Source of the DNA: Octopus vulgaris
Taxonomy: Eukaryota
Direction: 5' to 3'
Assembly: GCA_951406725.2 (NCBI GenBank)
Contig: OX597815.1
Location: 89,838,001-89,902,000 of the forward strand
Length of the DNA: 64,000 nt
Positions 56,439 to 64,000 of the stretch are shown here, in pieces. Under the pieces are notes generated by a model, which was given only the letters and a program-made list of their open reading frames with translations, was not told the DNA's origin and did no database searches. Every line of letters starts with the position of its first letter. The first letter of the stretch is position 1. A program made the translations under genes and the position numbers.

Positions 56439-57770
56439 TATAGATATGTTTACATATATATATGTATATATACATATATGCACGCACACACACATATATA
56501 TGTATGCATATATATAAATACAGAAAGATATATAAATGTGTGTATACATATGTACAAACATACAAGCATATAAAAATGCTTTCATATATCTGTTTATGCA
56601 TATATACGTTTACGAGTGTGTGTGAGCGGACACGTGTATTGTGGCATGTGTGTTTGTGTGTGTATGTGGCTATGTGTGTGTGTGTGTGTGTGCTTGTGTG
56701 TGATGCTGTGCCAATTATATATCGTATATTCATAAGTATACATAGATGCCTTGTGAGATCTTATGTAGTTCTTCCTATCATTTCCTTATAATTAAACTGG
56801 TGTTCTATAATTAGCAGGGCGTATATTTACAAAAGCTTATCTATCACCTGTATGGATTCGGAAGTAAGCCAACCGTCACACAAATGTAGAAATCCAAAAC
56901 AGTTTATATTGCTTCCTTTTGACTATACCAGAAACAGTGCTAAGTTATTATGACTGGTAATTGTTTAGCTAACTTCATTTATTTCAATAGTGAAATGTTT
57001 CTATGAGTTTTGAAACTTTCAAGCATCTATTTCCGAGCCACAAACTGTAAATTTCAAAATAATTATCATCGTAGCGTGATACGGAGCCGCAAATATGTAA
57101 TGAAAGATATTTTAGGGAATTACGACAATATTCGTCCAGTCGGGTCACCAGGAAAAAAGCATAAAAGGTTAATTAGGTTGATATTCGAACTAAGAACACG
57201 AGAACCAAATCCATTTATACCGAGTGATTATTTCATACACACATTGCTTCTTGTTAATAAGTAATTTTATAGTAGCGCTTCTAACTCACTTGAAAAATTA
57301 TAAGCGCCACCAAATTTCATTCGTTTCTTCAACTAAAGAAGGGAATTAAGGGTTGAACAGGAGGAAACAATATTACTCGAATACCATGTGTAATAACTCT
57401 ATACGATTGATTGAACTCAAGTATCTTATTAGCATGACATTTCGAATAACTAACACATAAATATCAATAAGGAATTTTCAATCGTTAATAGTTGTAATCC
57501 ATTCATTTTATGGAAGCAGAAATTTTAGACAATTCGGAACCATTTTGTCTGCTAAAATGAAAAAGAAAATTATACACAAAAGTTAGTAATTTTCAAATGG
57601 AAACTGCCAAAATGTTTACAGCAATTAAATGCATTAATTCGTTTCGTGCCTGATCTGGAGCTATAAACGTAATGACACAGAATGTCTCCCAGACACGCAA
57701 GCCAGGCTTTATAGCTATATTAGGGGAGTTATAGTTGAAGCATAATGTGCACGCCTTTTTAATATAAAAT
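54700..57770 (-). pseudogene. Decayed LRR receptor with internal LRRCT-LRRNT cysteine cluster (mcc/Toll-type)
   Basis: ACLGDILCHY..NCC (~57690); VPNCLKFLLP*NEWITTIN; NSLKYLSL; [15 protein letters not shown] (56195-56152); PCNIECICVQDFKCSNN (56040-55990); one frame 55399-55060 LISSIEISSNII..KGMVLRYILA..SNVIGE*RLLLSLDLNN..KYIYLSFN. Confidence 0.6.
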
Positions 57771-58059
57771 CCATTTCACATCATTAAATAAATAGAATAA
57801 ATATAAGTGAAAAAGTTATGATGAAAAAGAGCAGTAAAACTTTTATCGAAGGAAAATAATATGATATAGCAACATCTTAGTATGAATAGAAAAAGTGATT
57901 AGAGAAAAAGAAATACTAAATTATGGATGAGAATTTCATTGCCATCATACATTTATTCCTCCCTCTCCTTAACCTCTTCCCCCCTTGGCATCATCATCAG
58001 TTTTCTTATAATTGTTCTTAATTACCTCATCGCGATTATCATAATAATAATCATAACAA

Positions 58060-59990
58060 TTTTCTAATGTATTTTTTCAAAGTTCTTCCTGAAAATGTTT
58101 CTATAAACTACACCACCTGGATTAGCACTGAACATCTTCGAGTGCCTTTCAATTGTAATACTTCTCACATTCTGGGACCTCGTTGTTCAGAGGAGCTGGC
58201 GTCATATAATTACGATACTTTTGTGATTACTTTCAAATTTACCATTTCCAGATCTACCACTAGTCTGGTAGTGAACGGAGAACAGCACCTGAATGTTTCT
58301 AATCTTAGGGGTGTCGTTAATGGAGGCCTGGCTGAAAGCTGACCCTCCGGGTTCTTTTACACGTCTTAGAAAAGCTGAAGGACCACTGCTATAAGTGTAT
58401 GAATCTGAGAGGGGGATATGTTGAATAAAATCATAATTAACTGATCCTCCTTTATTATTATTTACCCAAAGCCAGGAAATTTTCAGTAACACTCTCGTAA
58501 ATGTTATCCGTTACCTTCTTTCTTCATATTTTGGTAAATCACTTTTGCACAAGAAGTACTCAAAAATAACACTGTAAGCTCATAAGCCAGGCATTTAAAC
58601 ATACCGCACTAGTCAAGTTTATACCCACTCAGCCCCCTTGATTAAGTAAAAGTCCGATATGAATTTGTTGCCTGCGCAGGGAATAGGTTTCCGTAGAGAT
58701 TTCATTCTAATCATATTCTTTTTGTTTTATTCAGCGATGTCTGGTTAGGTGATCGTACTGAATCATTGCATTCGACAGGATTTTGCATTTCTCATTCTCG
58801 GTGACTCCTTCTGGGGTTTGCTCATACCCCGTTTTTGATGTTTGTAGGCCGTGATCTCAACAGAGACACCAATGGATCATTCTTGCCACATTGTCATGCC
58901 GTGTTTTGTAGTTACTTTGTGCCAATTTCGGACATTTGCTAAAGATGTGCCATATCGTTTCACCCCTCTCACCAGACATTCCGCTTTGCTGCTGTCGGTA
59001 GTGTTGTCTATTCTACTCTTCATATGTTGGTCCTTAACGCTTGTATTTGAGCTGCGCATATAAGTGTATCTGCCTCTATCCTGTATTTGCCTTCCATAAT
59101 ACTAAACTGAGGGGGATCAAACATAAGACAAATATCAGAGGGGACAACGAGTTCCCCGGAAAATTCCTCTTGTGATATTAACTTTTCCTAAGAGTGTGTC
59201 ATCTGAGTAGAGATCGACTTTATATTTCTTCATGCTACAGCTAATTAGTTCTCTTATGTTGTCTGCTATACTGAATATACTCCAACAATTACTTACACAT
59301 GAGTGTGGGATCCTGTCAAAGGCTTTCCTATAATCTAGCCATGCTATTATTAGATTTTTCTTCGTAGCTTTTACTTCATTTAGGACTGTTTTGTCTACGT
59401 ATAATACATAATGCGTTCCTCTAACCTTCCTGCAACCATTCTGTTCTTCTGGCAGTAACTTCTGGTTGTCAAGTGCTTGTAAATGCTTTCTGAAAGCATT
59501 CCTAGTAACAGCTTCCATACTAATCATTAGCAAGTGATTGGTCTATAGTTGCTAGCTGTAATACCCTTGCTCATATCTTTCATGAGTATAGTCCTCCCTC
59601 TAGTCATCCAATCTGGTATTATTCCTCCATTAAGGCAATACTGAAGTTGTTCCTTCCGCCTTCCATGAAAAATAATAAATTTCTTTTGTCAGTACCCTTG
59701 AACTAATTCTTGTCCTGAGCCCTTCCAATTCGGCATTTTCCTAACACTTTACTAATTAATGCACCAGTTAGTTTTAGACGTGGCTGCTTCTAACTCATTA
59801 CTTCTTCCCTCAATTTCTTTAACCACACTGAATCTCCATGATGATTGTCTGGCTTATCCCAAATATTACGTCAGAACTTTCTACCTTTTTCTGCATTAGG
59901 TTTCTCATCTACAGTACTTCTTTCTCCGTTACAAATTTGGTTATAAAATATCCTCTGGTCTGTCTCAAATAGTCCTTTTTCTCTAGTGCA
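58060..59990 (-). mobile_element. R4/Dong-clade retrotransposon, degenerate
   Basis: LLPEEQNGCRK..IAWLDYRKAFDRIPHS..GKVNITRGIF; upstream IPDWMTRGRTIL..ASNYRPITCL. Confidence 0.8.
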
Positions 59991-60009
59991 TGATTGTCTC
60001 CATTTGACT

Positions 60010-61620
60010 CTTTACCTACATCATACTCAGGTAAATTATATTACCTATATTGTTTTAAGAGTATCATTAAAATTGCCTTCTTGTAACACAGCTTCAACTG
60101 TACTTTCAGGAATTGTAATCATTTCAAAACCATCAGAAACAAGTTATAAATATACATATTCAGTTTTAAGATTCTCCATCATATATTTACTATCTGATAT
60201 TTAGGATATTTTTTCCAGTTAATTTTGCTATAGAAAATATATACACTACGAATAATACATTGATAACAATCCAGGTGAGAGTTTTGTGCAAATTAATTCA
60301 ACCCATGAAATATAAATATCAAGAGAAAACGATAAATATATTCCACGACGCAGAGATAGTACTTTCTGAACTGTTTGTGATCGAAGACGTGCGTATTTTG
60401 TCTCTAACAAAATCGATACCATTCATAAGTAATGGAAGTACCCCTGATGCTATGTCATGCATACATTTTAATATGTAGTATGCAAACGAATCGCCATATT
60501 TTGATTTTAGATTTTCTGTTTGGCTAAGCTATTATAACCAAAAGAAACCATAAGAGAAATAAGGACTCCCGGAGATGATAAAAAAATAGTTAAAATTTAT
60601 AGCATGACTATCGCAAGATTGTCTGAGAACATCTAATGAGAAAAATGTTCAAATAAGAAATGCTATAATAAACTATATTAGGTCTATCAATCAACTAGTG
60701 AAGCTATGCAGCACAGATTATTGAATACATTATAATCCAATTTACTTGTTTCGTTCGCAGTGAATGGATTGCCTTTTCATGAACAGAATTGCACGAAGAA
60801 CAGCAGTGGATCTGATGAAAAAAATATAAAAGATAACAGGTATTATAGGTGAAGACACATTGCCTTTCACTTACAGAGTTAATTTTACGATTTTAAGTTA
60901 ATTTGATTATATGGCACGGTCGTTTTTGAGCAAGGTGGTTTATTCTAAGTTGTTCTCGTCTACTCAGTTAAAGTTAGTACCTGTAGCAGCTGAATGGCGT
61001 CCAGTGCAGGGAGGATTTCTACTTTCAATCAAAAAGACACCTCAAAACATAGAGAAGCACCAGCCTGGTTAGCAGGTAGTTCTATGAAAGACTTCAACTT
61101 TGAGTTAACAAAATACTGCAACGCGAAACAACAGATTTATAGTTTAGCTGTGTATAACAAATCAGTCTTCAAATATATCAACACTCTCAGTATCAAATGT
61201 AAACAATATACGCTGCTTTAGAGATACAAAATGAAGCTAAGAGACTTTGCAGGCAATAGCTTATTATAAAACATCAAGATATTCTTGTATTTCATGACAT
61301 AATTTACAAGATTCAAATGGAGAGAGCTAGAAATTAAAATGTTAAGCGTCAGTAATAACATAAATATTAACGTAGAGGAGTATAATTAGCCAAAATACAT
61401 GCAACAAACCGGCTTACTGCGATTTCCTGAAAAGGAACAAAAAAAAAACAAGGAATAAAAAAATGAATTAAAAAGTCTCCGAAAGTGAAATAGATATATA
61501 AGTAAATGTTTTTGTAAAGAAAATGTCAGAAACAGAATATTTTTCGTACGCCAAACGAGCCAGATCATAAAATGTATAATACCTAATAAGTTAACTTTAC
61601 ACGAAGACGACTGAGCCAAT
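60010..61620 (-). pseudogene. Decayed LRR receptor ectodomain with LRRCT followed by further LRRs; cut by Dong at ~59990
   Basis: EYLDV/FYNKLL; LQVLTLT; KLDYNVFNNL (~60740); IISGSPYFSYGFFWL..YGD..LKC..PLLMNGIDF (60580-60410, LRRCT-like); AKLTGKNILNIR**IYDG/MENLK; LQEGNFN. Confidence 0.5.
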
Positions 61621-62737
61621 ATGCAACGTGCGCAATTGCTCTTCCTGTAACAACTTATTCAGATATATTCATAAGGAAATCCCGAATATGTATTGATAAA
61701 TAATATTAAGTTTACTTTTGAAGAAGTTGGAAAAGTTGAATGGAGATAAAAGCGTTCTCTTTAAAAATACATTTTCAATGAAAAAAATTATAACAATTAA
61801 AAATACGAACGAAATGTCGCAATAATAGATAATACTGTCAGTATTTAAACAAATCTAATTTGTTTCTGAAGCGTTAATAAATACAACGCTATTTATATTT
61901 CCTATCAGAAAAATCCATACCATGTAACCGAGTAAAACAGACGTAAATATATATTGAAAATAATCATTATTATTGTGAACTGTTATCTTAATATGGCAAT
62001 GATGATGATGATAATGATGATGACGACGATGATGACGACGATGATGACGACGATGACAACGACAACGAAATATGGCGCTTCGATAAAATATAGTGGTGCT
62101 GATGATGGTCATTATCATGGCGTTTATGATGATGGAGATATATTTTCCATTTGTTTCGCATCTATAGCACTGTTTTCGATTGGGACATAACTGCTAAAAA
62201 TATGATGGATAAATATTAGCAGCTACACAAACAGTTATTTTCACATAAAAATTTCATATTCATTAAAATAGCGTTACTTTGCTTATAAATTCATTGAATA
62301 TGACAAACGAAAGTGTCAACACTTTAATAATTATGTGTCAAAATGTGATTTAAGAAGAAAAAAATAACAGAAAACTAAGAGTAAGTCTCTTCGTTGACAT
62401 TCCAATCGTTGACATTCCAATTTATGTAACGAAACACGCGAACTTTACTTAAATCTATCAATTCATACGAATATCTGAGCTGAAAAAGGTGTTTAGTTAT
62501 AGAGGAATACATGAATGTATACATATAGACACGCATACATGAATAATGTTAATAAGTAAATATTCTGGAACTCTATTCATTGATGTAGAAGCCATTCTTG
62601 ATTCTTTCACTACATGTTCTTACTGTGTCTTCTGGTTGTTAGAACAAGCGAATAATACACACACACACGCATGCACACATACACACACACACGCATGCAC
62701 ACATACACACACAAACGTACATACACATACACACACA

Positions 62738-62774
<37 letters not shown>

Positions 62775-62821
62775 GTATGTACGGAGAGGAGAAAGAGACA
62801 GACAGACAGACAGACAGATAT

Positions 62822-62884
<63 letters not shown>

Positions 62885-62958
62885 TTAATAAGGATAATAT
62901 CGATATTATCAAGTGGCCAGCATGGGAATAAATACCATACAAAGGTAATAATTTTTTT

Positions 62959-63110
62959 TACAACTATAAATAAGGGTATCTGAGAGACACCACCATGCCG
63001 AAATCCCTGACTCTAAAAAATATGAACATTTAAGGTGGTTTTTAGAGTCAGGGATTTGACTGCTATTTCGGCATCGTGGTGTCTCTCAGATACCCTTATG
63101 TATAGTTGTA
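62959..63110. repeat. Near-perfect inverted repeat of a pLTR-like segment with degenerate hammerhead
   Basis: Arms 62959-63019 and 63039-63110, 19 nt loop; minus arm GGGTAT-CTGAGA-GACA-CCACGA-TGCC-GAAA-TAGCAG-TC-AAATCCC. Confidence 0.8.
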
Positions 63111-63144
63111 TATAGATAGATAGATATTTCTACTCCTTTGTTTT

Positions 63145-63750
63145 TCGTCAGTAGCAAGTATTCACGGGCAACAGCATGCTACTGATATAGTAAACCTAGT
63201 TTACTGTATCAGTAACGGCGGACTTTGTAATAGCATGCAGTTGCCAGTCGAGATTGGCTACTGACGATGCTCATTTAGTCAGAAATGTGCATTTAATAAT
63301 GCTGTCATCGCTGCTGGACGACTTTCTTTTCCTAATATATTTCTGTGTTTTTAGTACTATACATCTATATGAGATGCTCTCGCGGGACGAATACTGCAGT
63401 TAATTATGCTTTCACCATTGTATCTGCTTTATATTTCATAAACAGATTGCTATTTTAAATTAATACTGCTTCTGTTGCATGTAATTTATGTTTATTCAGC
63501 CTATCGTTTAAATCCGACACCAGTTACGTTTCTATCAGTTTTACTATGTTATGATATATATCATTGTCGGCCGGCTGTATCCTAGTATGTGGTTGCAAGT
63601 CGATACTTGCTAAGAACAAAGCTCAAAGACGAAATCCTTATTTAGCAATGCCGATGTCGATGCTGGACGATTTCCATTTGCTACTGATACATTTCAGTGT
63701 ATTTTTTAGACTGTACGTCAATAAGTGCTATCTCGGGTGAAGACGTCAGT
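63145..63750. repeat. Nested hairpin plus diverged ~350 bp direct repeat
   Basis: Outer arms 63145-63181 / 63231-63267; inner hairpin 63180-63214 (15/16 paired); 63231-63400 is echoed at ~63584-63755 (shared TGCTGGACGA). Confidence 0.55.
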
Positions 63751-64000
63751 GGATTAGGCTCCTAACAATGAAACAAGTTTTGAAAATGCAATTTTTTAAA
63801 TGTTTATTCACTTGACTGGTTTCACTTTTTTAGAAAAAGATTGTCAGAAGTAAAAGGTAAAGCTTTGTAAAAGCTTTGTTGCGTTAAGTACTGGTTGTCA
63901 CAAAATATTACAATACATACATACATTCTTTGATAATAAAAAGAAAATGTTAAAAACAGTTTACAAGGAAATCTCTTGAGAAAATATTAAAAAGTTCATT

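Noticed and set aside
60030-60560. A TM-plus-TIR reading of this minus-strand stretch (FLLWFLLVII..WRF..YYLC..ILMILL)
   Set aside because: Another frame gives a more coherent LRRCT followed by LRR motifs; TIR box motifs were not convincing.

Overview
AT-rich, microsatellite-dense eukaryotic DNA. The SINE/LINE families and composition suggest an octopus (coleoid cephalopod); this is inferred, not proven. No intact protein-coding gene is visible, and most ORF-track entries are microsatellite artefacts. About half the window is decayed transposons: seven R4/Dong-type REL non-LTR retrotransposons (most sitting in (TAA)n tracts), five Penelope-like (GIY-YIG) fragments with hammerhead-ribozyme-like pLTR pieces, CR1, RTE and Tx1 LINE ends, five Tc1/mariner remnants, two tRNA-SINE families and several foldback structures. 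The least obvious signal is in the apparently unique DNA between the transposons. By manual translation of the minus strand only, it repeatedly gives stop- and frameshift-riddled leucine-rich repeats, LRR N/C caps, a TM-like segment and two TIR-like stretches. This points to a dead tandem array of roughly 8-10 intronless Toll-like receptor genes spanning the window. Boundaries of degraded features are approximate, and all family assignments are by eye and need HMM/BLAST confirmation.
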